DNA from: Gemmatimonadota bacterium
GTDB lineage: Bacteria; Gemmatimonadota; Gemmatimonadetes; Longimicrobiales; Gaopeijiaceae
DNA length: 64,000 bases
Assembly: GCA_034521595.1 (NCBI GenBank)
Contig: JAXHMG010000003.1
Location: 2,752,001-2,816,000, forward strand
Direction: 5' to 3'
Shown here: in pieces, positions 1 to 8,727 of the stretch
Numbering within the stretch: position 1 is the stretch's first letter
Layout: every line of letters begins with the position of its first letter
Notes under the pieces: model-generated
Databases searched by the model: none
The model's input: the letters and a program-made list of their open reading frames with translations, nothing else
What the model was told of the DNA's origin: nothing
Program-made: the position numbers and the translations under genes

Positions 1-1
1 C

Positions 2-1903
2 GGCGGGGACGACGGGATCGCCGTCGCGATCGACACCTTCAACGACAACGAGAACGCCCTGCGGTTTACCGGCCTCCCACTCGGTGCTCGAATGGACCAC
101 GCGATCGAGGGCGACGGCCAGACTCCGGGTCCTGGGAACGTGTCGTGGAACACCTTCTGGGACTTCCGGACGCGCATCACCGACGAGGGCTGGTTCGGCG
201 AGATGCGGATACCGTTCTCGAGCCTGCGCTTCGAGACCGAACCGGACGGGTCGGTCGTGATGGGCCTCCTGGGCTTCGTCTACGAGAGCCAGGGCGATAG
301 GCGTTGGACTTACCCGGCGATGGACTCCAGCGCACCGTACGCGCGCCCTTCGGCGTTCCAGGATGTGCGCCTCGTGGACGTCGTACCGCGCAACCCCGTC
401 TATGTCAGTCCGTACGCGCTCACGGGCGCCGAGCGGACGCAAGAGCTGACGGCCGAAGAGGACGCGTTCACGCCGGTGGACGAAACCAACTTCGAGCTCG
501 GTGGGGACGTGAAGCTCACGCCGACGCCGAATTTCACCATCGACCTCACGCTCAACACCGACTTCGCCGCGGTCGAAGCGGATCAGCAGCAGGTGAACCT
601 GACGCGTTTCTCGCTGTTCTTCGAAGAGAAGCGGCCCTTCTTCCAGGAGCGTGCCGGCATCTTCGACTTCAGCACCGGCACGGATCGGGGAACCCTCTTT
701 TACTCCAGGCGCATCGGGTTGGTCGACGGAGCACCCGTCCGCATCCTCGGCGGAGCTCGCGCCGTCGGACGCGTCGGCGGGTGGGATCTCGGCCTCATCG
801 AAATGCAGACCGCCGGATCCGGGGAACGGCCCGGCGAAAACTTCGGCGTGCTGCGGACCCGTCGGCAGGTACTGAACCCCAACTCCTTCGTGGGGCTGAT
901 GGCGACGAGCCGTCTCGACGACCGGGGGCGGTACAATGTCTCGTACGGCGTGGACGGCTCGTTCAGGGTCGTGGGAGACGAATACCTGACGGTGAAGTGG
1001 CTTCAGACCTTCCAAGGGGGCGACGAGGTCCGTGACGCCGCGGCAAGCGGCTTGGACGCGGGCCGCGTGGTTTTCGACTGGACCCGACGCAGGCTCGGCG
1101 GGCTCAGCTACCAACTCGCGGCGACTTGGTCGGGCGCGGGGTACGACCCGGCCGTCGGCTTCGAGCCTCGGAGCGACTTCACGCGCGGGCAGGCCGACCT
1201 GAACTACGTGTGGCTCCCGAGTGCCTCTTCGGCTTTCCGCAGAGTCTGGATCGGTTCGGAGAACAGCGTTTGGGTCCGCAACTCCGACGACAGGATCGAC
1301 ACCGGGACCCTACAGCCGTTCGTACAAGTCGAAGGGAAGTCCGGCGTCACCTTCAAGGCATCCGCCAACACTCGCTACGAGGACGTGACCTCCGCGTTTC
1401 CCTTGTCCGACGACGTCCTGGTTCCGTCGGGTCGTTACTGGGCAATCGAGGGCATCGCCGAGATGCGCGCGGCCCGAGCCTGGCCCATACGCCCGAACGT
1501 GACGCTGACCGCGGGAGAGTTTTTCGACGGACACCGCATCGGGCTCACCTCGGACGTGACGTGGCCGGCCAGCCGCCATCTCGAGGTGGTAGCCGGATGG
1601 GAATGGAACCGCATCCGCTTCGACGAACGGAGTCAGGTGTTCGACGCGAACCTGGTGCGCCTCACCCTGCGCGGAGCGCTCGACACCCACCTCTCGGCCG
1701 ATATGTTCGGGCAGTACAATTCCGTCACCCGACGAATCACGACCAACACGCGGGTCCGCTACAACTTCCGCGAGGGTCAGGACCTCTGGCTCGTCTGGAA
1801 CGAAGGCCTGAACACGGCGCGAGACCGGGCCGGGACGCCGCGGCTCCCACTCGAGGAAGCACGTACCCTCACGGTCAAATACACGCACACGTTCATCTTC
1901 TGA
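2..1903 (+). CDS. DUF5916 / carbohydrate-binding family 9-like outer-membrane protein (5' end outside window)
   Basis: Frame is open from position 2 (GGDDGIAVAIDTFNDNENA...). Family motifs W.GEMRIPFSSLRF, TLNTDFAAVEAD..QVNLTRFSLFFEEKRPFF and LFYSRRIG; C-terminal aromatic beta-strand (VKYTHTFIF). Confidence 0.85.
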   Translation, partial: GGDDGIAVAIDTFNDNENALRFTGLPLGARMDHAIEGDGQTPGPGNVSWNTFWDFRTRITDEGWFGEMRIPFSSLRFETEPDGSVVMGLLGFVYESQGDRRWTYPAMDSSAPYARPSAFQDVRLVDVVPRNPVYVSPYALTGAERTQELTAEEDAFTPVDETNFELGGDVKLTPTPNFTIDLTLNTDFAAVEADQQQVNLTRFSLFFEEKRPFFQERAGIFDFSTGTDRGTLFYSRRIGLVDGAPVRILGGARAVGRVGGWDLGLIEMQTAGSGERPGENFGVLRTRRQVLNPNSFVGLMATSRLDDRGRYNVSYGVDGSFRVVGDEYLTVKWLQTFQGGDEVRDAAASGLDAGRVVFDWTRRRLGGLSYQLAATWSGAGYDPAVGFEPRSDFTRGQADLNYVWLPSASSAFRRVWIGSENSVWVRNSDDRIDTGTLQPFVQVEGKSGVTFKASANTRYEDVTSAFPLSDDVLVPSGRYWAIEGIAEMRAARAWPIRPNVTLTAGEFFDGHRIGLTSDVTWPASRHLEVVAGWEWNRIRFDERSQVFDANLVRLTLRGALDTHLSADMFGQYNSVTRRITTNTRVRYNFREGQDLWLVWNEGLNTARDRAGTPRLPLEEARTLTVKYTHTFIF

Positions 1904-1929
1904 TTCCGCGCGCGCCTTCGGGGCTACGT

Positions 1930-3426
1930 CTACGTACCCGGTGAGGGCGTCTTGGACGCCTCGGTCGCTTCGCGCGCCACCGCCTCCACCAGGTCGCTGA
2001 AGATGAGCGCGTGCATCGGGTAGAGCCCGTACCAGTACAGCCATCCCGTGAAGCCGGTCGGGGCGAAATACGCGGTCTGGACGAGCTCCGTGCTCCCCTC
2101 CCCGGGGATGGCTTCGAACTGAAGCCAGGCGCGTCCGGGCACCTTCATCTCCGCCCTGAGACGCAGGAGGGTATAGGGCTTCCACTCCTCCACACGCCAG
2201 AAATCGACGGCTTCTCCCGGATAGAGGTCCACGGGGTGCCGTCGCCCCCGCCGTAACCCCGGGCCACCCACGAGCTGATCCAGCAAGCCCCGAAGCTCCC
2301 ACGCCCATCGCCACACCAGCCATCCGCGCGAGCCCCCCAGACTCGAGAAGGTCCGGAAGACGTCCTCCTGAGAGGCCTCGACCCTGCGCGTGCGGACCTC
2401 GCGGATCACACCTTCACGGTCCTCGAGCCGGACCCCGGGCGTCATGTCCCCCCCGCTCACCGTCCACCTCGTCGCCACCTCTCCCGTTCGCGTACGCTCG
2501 AGCGCCCTCGTCACGGCTTCCTCGTAGGACATCGGCACGATGTCCGGGAAAAGCTCACGTGCTCGCGTGGTGCTCCCGACCACCGGATAGACGATGCCCT
2601 CGATCAGGGGCACAGCCAGGGCATTCGGGATCGGCGTGACGAGCCCCACCCACAAAGCCGCGAGCCTCGGCGCCAGGACCGGCACGGGCACGATCAGGCG
2701 CGGCAGGCCCCGGACGTGCGCGTACCCCTCCATCATCGCCTTGAAGCTCAGGGGATCCGTGCCGATGTCGATGGCCCCGAGCGCATCCTCGCGACCCACC
2801 GCCGCGACCAGGTACGAAAGGGCGTCCCGAATCGCGATCGGACGGACGTCGTTCTGAATCCAGCGCGGAGCGACCATCGCCGGGAGGCGCTCGGTGAGGT
2901 AGCGCACCATCTCGAACGAAGCCGACCCCCCTCCGATGACGGGCCCCGCGCGGAACTCGGTCGTCGGGAGTCCCTCCCGGAGGATGCGGCCGATCTCGCC
3001 CCTGCTTCCCAGGTGCGCGGAGGTGGTCTCTCCCGGGCCCCGCTCCGGCAGTATTCCGCCGAGATAGATCACCTGCCGCAGCCCGCCTCCGGCTTCGACG
3101 AAGTTGTGGGCCGCACGCCGGTCCCGATCCTCGAAGTCCTCGCCGGACGCCATGGAGTGGACGAGGTAATAGGCGACGTCCACACCGGCGAGCGCCGAAC
3201 GCAGCGACTCGGGCTCGAGGAGGTCCCCCTGGACGATCTCGACCGACTCGGCCCATGGGCGGGCTTCGGCGCGCCGAGGATCGCGGGCCATCACGCGCAC
3301 GTCGTAACCGGCCGCGAGAAGACGCTCGACGAGCCGTCCGCCGATATATCCGGTCGCTCCCGTGACGAGTACCTTCAGAGCACGCTCACCGACCGGTGCC
3401 TCCGACCACGGCCAGGGGCACGTCAC
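1930..3426 (-). CDS. NAD(P)-binding SDR/epimerase-like oxidoreductase with C-terminal DUF2867 (YbjT-like)
   Basis: Rossmann motif VLVTGATGYIGG; AYYLVHSM; C-terminal DFWRVE..LRLRAEMKVPGRAWLQF. The start is uncertain and probably lies near 3378. Confidence 0.85.
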   Translation of the reverse strand: MTCPWPWSEAPVGERALKVLVTGATGYIGGRLVERLLAAGYDVRVMARDPRRAEARPWAESVEIVQGDLLEPESLRSALAGVDVAYYLVHSMASGEDFEDRDRRAAHNFVEAGGGLRQVIYLGGILPERGPGETTSAHLGSRGEIGRILREGLPTTEFRAGPVIGGGSASFEMVRYLTERLPAMVAPRWIQNDVRPIAIRDALSYLVAAVGREDALGAIDIGTDPLSFKAMMEGYAHVRGLPRLIVPVPVLAPRLAALWVGLVTPIPNALAVPLIEGIVYPVVGSTTRARELFPDIVPMSYEEAVTRALERTRTGEVATRWTVSGGDMTPGVRLEDREGVIREVRTRRVEASQEDVFRTFSSLGGSRGWLVWRWAWELRGLLDQLVGGPGLRRGRRHPVDLYPGEAVDFWRVEEWKPYTLLRLRAEMKVPGRAWLQFEAIPGEGSTELVQTAYFAPTGFTGWLYWYGLYPMHALIFSDLVEAVAREATEASKTPSPGT

Positions 3427-5170
3427 CGAGCCCGCTTCTCTGCGGATTCTGCCGACCCCGGGTCTCGGAGCGGACGTTTCGCTCGACGTGGTCGAACGCC
3501 TCGACGAACGTCACGATGCCGTCTCCGTTTCGGTCACCCGAGCCTCGCAACCCGTCCAGAAGGAAGTGGGTGAACACACCGTGTCCGCCCCAGCGTGCAT
3601 CCTCGAGGCTGAGCTCGTTGGTGTCGGCCGCGGTCATCATCAGACGCCGCGACGGAGTGAACAATCCCTGGAAGCTCCCGGCGATGGCGTTCCCCTGAGC
3701 CCCTCCGAGCGCGTCCCCGTCGGCCGTGCCCGCGGAATGGCACGCATCGGCGATCACGATCACCCGCTCGGCGGCGATGTGCCTGCGCAAGGCGGTCTTC
3801 ACGTCCCACATCGGAAAGCCGCTCGCGGCCAGCGCATCCAGGTCGGCGTCGCTCGGCAGGAGGTAGAGGTTGTCGGGCCGTCCGGGGTCGGGCGCGCCGT
3901 GGCCGGCGAAGTATATGACCACCAGGTCGTCGAAATCGGCCTGTTGGAGGAAGACGAAAAGCGCCTCACGCATGGCCGCTCCGGTCGCCTCTTCGTCTTC
4001 GAGATACAGCACCTCGTCGAACGGCCCCGCGGCGTCGCTCTCGAGGAACTCGCGCATCGCCCGGGCATCGGCCGGTGCGTACGGAAGGTCGGGGATGTCC
4101 GACGCGCCGTAGTCCCCCACGCCGATGACCACGGCCCAGCGCTTGTCGATGCGGGGCGCGGCGAGCGTCGAAGTCGTCGCTCCGCCGGAGCTCCGCGCCA
4201 CGATCGAGACCGTGTCACGGCTGATGGGAAGGGTGAGCTCCCGGGCGAACCGGCGGCTGTCCGTGCCCTCGAGGCCCATGCGAGATGCTTCGTCACTCCC
4301 GAGGGGCTCGATCAGGGCGGGTTGACCGTCGACCTCGACGGTCGCCGCGTCACCGACCACCACGCCCTCCAGCCGTACCAGGTTCCGGACGTCGGAGCGC
4401 TCCCGATCACCACGCTTCACCACGCCAATGCCACGGCTCACGGCACCGTCGGCGGGCAGCACATCGGCTCGCGTCACCGCCAACCCGGGCGCTCCGGACT
4501 CGGATGCCGTCCGCACTCCCGACTCGATCGATCCCGGGTCAGGAGCCCAGTACGCCTCTTCCTGCCACGCGCGCGCTTCCCAATCGTTCACGATGGGCCC
4601 GACGAAGCGCGTGATCGCGTCCTGCGTGGCCTCGCGCACGGCGAGTGCGCGGGCGGCCTGATCCGTCGCCTCCAGGGCCCGCGCGTCCGCCACCGCGTCC
4701 GCCACGACTTCCCCACGGTCGAGCCGCAGGGCCCGGACCGAGACCTCCGTGGTGGCCGTGACCAACGTCCCGCTCACGGGATCCGGGCGGGTAGCATGAT
4801 CGGCCACCCCCAGGACCAGGAGCTGCGCGCCCCAATCCCGTCCGAGCCGGGTGGCGGCTCCATCGTCCCCCGCCGTCGCCCGGGCCACCAGCTCCCGCGA
4901 CGCTTCGTCGATCGCGAGCGCGGGGTCGATCACCGGGAAGCCCGCTTCCCTGAGGAAGGCCGTCATCTCGCGCGAGGCGACTTTCCCGCGCCCTTCCTCC
5001 TCGATGAAGACCAGCGTCCGCGGAAGCTCCCCTTCGAACGCGATCTCCTGAGCTCCGGCCCCTGCCGGGTCGTAGCCCGTGGCCACCAAGAGCGCCACGA
5101 CGGCGCCGGCGACCACGCGGTGCGCCGGTGTCCGAGCCGCTCCCACGACATGCTTGATCGAGCGTCTCAT
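3386..5170 (-). CDS. Exported caspase-family (peptidase C14) protein with N-terminal CsgG/FlgT-like alpha/beta domain
   Basis: Hydrophobic signal ending AGA-QE. C-terminal C14 domain: RWAVVIGVGDY, LPYAPADA, YFAGHG (catalytic His), IADACHS (catalytic Cys), GHGVFTHFLLDGLRG.GD.NGDG.VT, QNPQ. Confidence 0.85.
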   Translation of the reverse strand: MRRSIKHVVGAARTPAHRVVAGAVVALLVATGYDPAGAGAQEIAFEGELPRTLVFIEEEGRGKVASREMTAFLREAGFPVIDPALAIDEASRELVARATAGDDGAATRLGRDWGAQLLVLGVADHATRPDPVSGTLVTATTEVSVRALRLDRGEVVADAVADARALEATDQAARALAVREATQDAITRFVGPIVNDWEARAWQEEAYWAPDPGSIESGVRTASESGAPGLAVTRADVLPADGAVSRGIGVVKRGDRERSDVRNLVRLEGVVVGDAATVEVDGQPALIEPLGSDEASRMGLEGTDSRRFARELTLPISRDTVSIVARSSGGATTSTLAAPRIDKRWAVVIGVGDYGASDIPDLPYAPADARAMREFLESDAAGPFDEVLYLEDEEATGAAMREALFVFLQQADFDDLVVIYFAGHGAPDPGRPDNLYLLPSDADLDALAASGFPMWDVKTALRRHIAAERVIVIADACHSAGTADGDALGGAQGNAIAGSFQGLFTPSRRLMMTAADTNELSLEDARWGGHGVFTHFLLDGLRGSGDRNGDGIVTFVEAFDHVERNVRSETRGRQNPQRSGLGDVPLAVVGGTGR

Positions 5171-5880
5171 CGGGCGCCTCCTCCCAGTCGTTCGAGCGCC
5201 TTCCGCGCACCGGGATGGCGCGGATGGATCTCGAGCGCCGCTTCGTAGTGTTCGATGGCTCGCTCCACGTCGCCGCGATCTTCGAAGTCCACCGCGCGGC
5301 TGAACTCGATCGTCGCCGCGACCGGAATCGGCTCGATCTCGGGGCGACTCGACGCCGGCACGAGGTCGAGCTCCGAGCCGAACTCGTCCGCCATCTCGAC
5401 GACCACGCCGAGAAGTGCTTCGGTGCGGTCATTCTTCTTCATGACGGCCACGATCTCGGACGTCTCCACGTCCACCGCCCGGATGTCCATGCGAAGGTCC
5501 TCGACGACGCTGCTCACCTGCCCGTGCAACACGTACCGGACACCCAGCAACTGGCCGATCTCGATCGCGCTGGACTCGTCCAGCCGTCCGGAAAGCGCCA
5601 GATCCTGCTCGCGGAGCATGTCGCGGATCTCGGCCCGCTCCACCACCTGGATGCCTTCGCGCCCGCTGAATTCGGTCACGAGCATCGCGGTGACGGCTTT
5701 TCCGAGATTCACTTGAGCCTCCGCGCCGGCCCCCATCATGAAGCCCGTGAAATCCATGACCGCCACCGTCGGAACATCGTCCTGCGCCTCGACCGCCGAA
5801 GCGGTGGAGCCGTAGGAGGCTCCCGCCAAGGCGAGGGCTGCGAGAAGCATCGGCATACGCGTCGTGAGCGGTGCGGGCAT
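5167..5880 (-). CDS. Exported CsgG/HfaB-family protein with C-terminal TPR
   Basis: Signal peptide (..AVEA-QD); VAVMDF, VVERAEIRDMLREQDL, AIEIGQLLGVRYVLHG, RAVDVETSEI; final TPR (AIEHYEAALEIHPRHPGA). Stop overlaps the next start (ATGA). Confidence 0.85.
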   Translation of the reverse strand: MPAPLTTRMPMLLAALALAGASYGSTASAVEAQDDVPTVAVMDFTGFMMGAGAEAQVNLGKAVTAMLVTEFSGREGIQVVERAEIRDMLREQDLALSGRLDESSAIEIGQLLGVRYVLHGQVSSVVEDLRMDIRAVDVETSEIVAVMKKNDRTEALLGVVVEMADEFGSELDLVPASSRPEIEPIPVAATIEFSRAVDFEDRGDVERAIEHYEAALEIHPRHPGARKALERLGGGAR

Positions 5881-5981
5881 GAGCGTTCCATCTGAATGTC
5901 ACGTTCCGAGTGACCCGGCGACGTCCGCACGCCGCGGGTCCGGGAGCCGTCGAGCACGACCCGTCTCGATTCCGGGGGTTT

Positions 5982-6010
5982 TTGCCGCCGTACGGGCCGG
6001 AACCTATAAT
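5982..6010 (+). promoter_or_regulatory. Sigma70-type promoter
   Basis: TTGCCG (5982-5987), 17-bp spacer, TATAAT (6005-6010), in the divergent intergenic region upstream of the ATG at 6096. Confidence 0.7.
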
Positions 6011-6095
6011 TTACGGACGCTCGCGGGGGGATGCGAGGAATTTGCACCACCCCGAACTCGATCCGCAGGCCTGTCACGCCCGAGAGAACCCCGCC

Positions 6096-7571
6096 ATGCG
6101 CCACGACCCGGGCCCACGCCGAACAGCACGCGGCGCGGCCATTTCCCCGCACCGACACCGGCGAAGCGGCCGGCAACGTTTTTGGGCGACGGCGATCCTC
6201 CTCGCCGCGACGGCCTGTGCGAGCGGCGTGCCGGACGTCGGTCCGGCCGACGTGCCGCGGTTGGCCGAGGAAGCCTCCGAGCGCCCGGACGATCTCGAGA
6301 CGCGGACCAGGCTCGGCATCGCCCAGTACCGGGCGGGTAACGTCGACGCGGCGCTCGAGAACCTCCGGCGGGCGGTGGAAGACGGGCACGAAACAGGCCC
6401 CGCGCTCCTCCATCTCGGGCTCGCGCACGAAAGCCGCGAGGAGTGGGCCGAGGCGCGTGAAGCGTACGGGCGCTATCTCGACCGTGACGCCTCCGGAACC
6501 CTACGCTCCGACATCGAAAACCGCCTTCAGCTCATGGGGCGGAACCTGCTCCGCGAGCGGGCCCGGGAGGCGCTGGAGCTCGAGCGCCGGGTCGCCGACA
6601 GGGTGGAGCCGACTCCGCGATCGGTGGCGGTCCTTCCCTTCGGCTTCAACTCCGAGCGCGCCGATATCGAGCCGTTGATCTACGCTCTAGCGGACATGAT
6701 GAGCACCGACTTCGCCGTGTCCGACGCGCTCGTGGTGCTCGAGCGCGCCCAGGTTCAATCGTTGCTGGACGAGATGGCGTTGACGGAAGCAGGATATGCG
6801 GAAGAAGAAACCGGTGCCCGGGCCGGTCGCCTTCTGCGCGCCGAGCACGTGGTCCAGGGCGTCATCACCACGCTCGGCGGGGACCGGCTGCGCACGGACG
6901 CGAATGTCGTCAACGTGGCCTCGGGCTCCGAGGCCGGCGACCTGAACGAGACCGCGGCGCTCGAACAGCTCTTCGCCATGGAAAAGGCGCTCGTCATCCG
7001 CACCATTCGCGAGGTGCTCGGCGTCGAGCTCACGCCCGCCGAGGAGCAGGCGATCCTCGACAACCGCATGGACAACGTCCTCGCGTTCGTGGCGTACGGT
7101 GAAGGGTTGAGGGCGTTGGACCGCGGGAACTACGCGGACGCCGAAGAGCGTTTCCAGGCCGCGATCTCGCTCGAAGGAGGCAGCAACGACATGCTCGAAT
7201 CCGCCCTCGAAACGACCTCCGGCCTGAGCGAGGCCGAGGACACTGACACCGAGACGCTCGCGAGCCGAGCCCGAGCCCCCGGCGCCGTGGGCGGCGGACC
7301 GCTCGCCCCCCCTGCCGGATCGACGACCGGCGCCGAGGAGACGGGCGGAGATCTCTCGCAGGGCACCCTCACCAACGTGACCGAAGGCGTCGCCCCGACC
7401 CCGACATCGGGCCTGCTCGACCTCGGCTCCACCGATCAGGCGTACGAGCAGCCCAAGCAAACGGGAGATACCGAGCGTCAGCCGGTCGAAGAGGCGTCCG
7501 GCGAGAGCGGCATCGTCGGCTCCTCGGGCACGATCCGCCTGGTGATCCCGCGCCCCGGGGGCGAGCGTTGA
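6096..7571 (+). CDS. TPR + CsgG/HfaB-domain lipoprotein
   Basis: Lipobox ILLAATA-C; TPRs (LGIAQYRAGNVDAA, LHLGLAHESREEWAEA); CsgG-like SVAVLPF..VLERAQVQSLLDEM..AGRLLRAEHVVQG; another TPR; acidic low-complexity tail. Confidence 0.85.
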   Translation: MRHDPGPRRTARGAAISPHRHRRSGRQRFWATAILLAATACASGVPDVGPADVPRLAEEASERPDDLETRTRLGIAQYRAGNVDAALENLRRAVEDGHETGPALLHLGLAHESREEWAEAREAYGRYLDRDASGTLRSDIENRLQLMGRNLLRERAREALELERRVADRVEPTPRSVAVLPFGFNSERADIEPLIYALADMMSTDFAVSDALVVLERAQVQSLLDEMALTEAGYAEEETGARAGRLLRAEHVVQGVITTLGGDRLRTDANVVNVASGSEAGDLNETAALEQLFAMEKALVIRTIREVLGVELTPAEEQAILDNRMDNVLAFVAYGEGLRALDRGNYADAEERFQAAISLEGGSNDMLESALETTSGLSEAEDTDTETLASRARAPGAVGGGPLAPPAGSTTGAEETGGDLSQGTLTNVTEGVAPTPTSGLLDLGSTDQAYEQPKQTGDTERQPVEEASGESGIVGSSGTIRLVIPRPGGER

Positions 7572-8722
7572 TCCGGGCTGCCGCGCGTGGGCCCCGAAGG
7601 GTCGGGGCGCTTCTCGTGACGCTCCTCGTGGTCGGCGCGCCCGAAGCGCACGGCCAGATCACGGTCGGCACGGGTCCGGAATTCAAGGGCTACGGATTCG
7701 ATCCCGGATTGGGCGCGGATGCCGCGGAGCTGTTCGTGCTCCCCGTCGCGGTGCGCGTCCCCGTGAGCGATCGCTTCGGCATCGACGTCTTCAGCGCGTG
7801 GGCCCGGGGACGCGTCGAGGTCGACGACACCAACCTGGAGCTCTCGGGGCCCGTGGACACGCGAATTCGCATGAGCGCCGAGGCCGCGCCGTGGGCGCGG
7901 GTGACGGTAGGCGCGCAGCTCCCCACCGGCCACGCATCGCACGACTCCGAGGAGGCGGTCGTCGCTTCGGTGCTCGCGACCGACCTCCTCGGCTTCCGGG
8001 AAAGCAACTGGGGCTCGGGCACGGCTCTCACCACCTCGGTCGCCACCGCCACCCGCGCAGGATCGTGGGGCATCGGCGCCGCGGCGGCGTACGCCCTGCG
8101 CGGCTCGTTCCGTCCGAGCGCGGACGTCGACTCCGTCCGCTACACGCCGGGGAACGAGTCCCGAGTGCGGGTGGGGCTCGACCGCAATTTCGGGAACAAC
8201 ACCCTGACGCTCGGGGGCACGTTCATCACCTACGCGGAGGACCAGGCGAACGGACGCAACCTCTTTCGCTCGGGCGACCGCTTCCGCTTCGACGCCAGCT
8301 ACCAGTTTCGAGCCTCGGCCGGGCTCTGGACGCTGTATGCAGCCGACGTGATACGATCCAATGGAGACCTGACGCTCCGGCTCGCCGGCGGATCCGGCGG
8401 GGCGGCCGGGGACACGACGGTAGCCACGGCCGACCAGAACATGCTGGTGGCTGGTCTGGTGGGCGCGATCGGTTTAGGCTCAGGGTTCGTGTTTCGCCCC
8501 CACCTCGATCTCAAGCTCCAGGCGAGAACCGAGCCCGACGGATCCGACGCCGGATCCGGTTGGATGCTCGCGGCCGGTGGGGACATTCCGGTTCGGCTGT
8601 TCGGTCGGTCGGAGCTCTTCCCCCGTGCGCAGGTGCTCGTGGGCTCGATCCGCGACCGGCAGGGCGAATCGGTCCCGCTGCTCGGCTTGGAGCTCAAAGG
8701 CACGCTCCGCTGGTCACCTTGA
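7568..8722 (+). CDS. Putative outer-membrane beta-barrel protein
   Basis: Signal peptide (..AHG-Q); alternating amphipathic strands throughout (RVRVGLDR, RFDASYQF, LELKGTLRW at the C-terminus). The TTG start overlaps the upstream stop. Confidence 0.65.
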   Translation: MIRAAARGPRRVGALLVTLLVVGAPEAHGQITVGTGPEFKGYGFDPGLGADAAELFVLPVAVRVPVSDRFGIDVFSAWARGRVEVDDTNLELSGPVDTRIRMSAEAAPWARVTVGAQLPTGHASHDSEEAVVASVLATDLLGFRESNWGSGTALTTSVATATRAGSWGIGAAAAYALRGSFRPSADVDSVRYTPGNESRVRVGLDRNFGNNTLTLGGTFITYAEDQANGRNLFRSGDRFRFDASYQFRASAGLWTLYAADVIRSNGDLTLRLAGGSGGAAGDTTVATADQNMLVAGLVGAIGLGSGFVFRPHLDLKLQARTEPDGSDAGSGWMLAAGGDIPVRLFGRSELFPRAQVLVGSIRDRQGESVPLLGLELKGTLRWSP

Positions 8723-8727
8723 CGAAA

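Noticed and set aside
5167-7571. Curli biogenesis operon
   Set aside because: CsgG-like domains are present, but there are no curlin repeats or CsgE/F-like genes, and the proteins are TPR fusions.
3386-8722. Gasdermin/caspase or CRISPR-associated protease defence system
   Set aside because: No gasdermin-like, NLR/STAND, TIR or Cas gene is recognisable nearby, and the protease appears to be exported.
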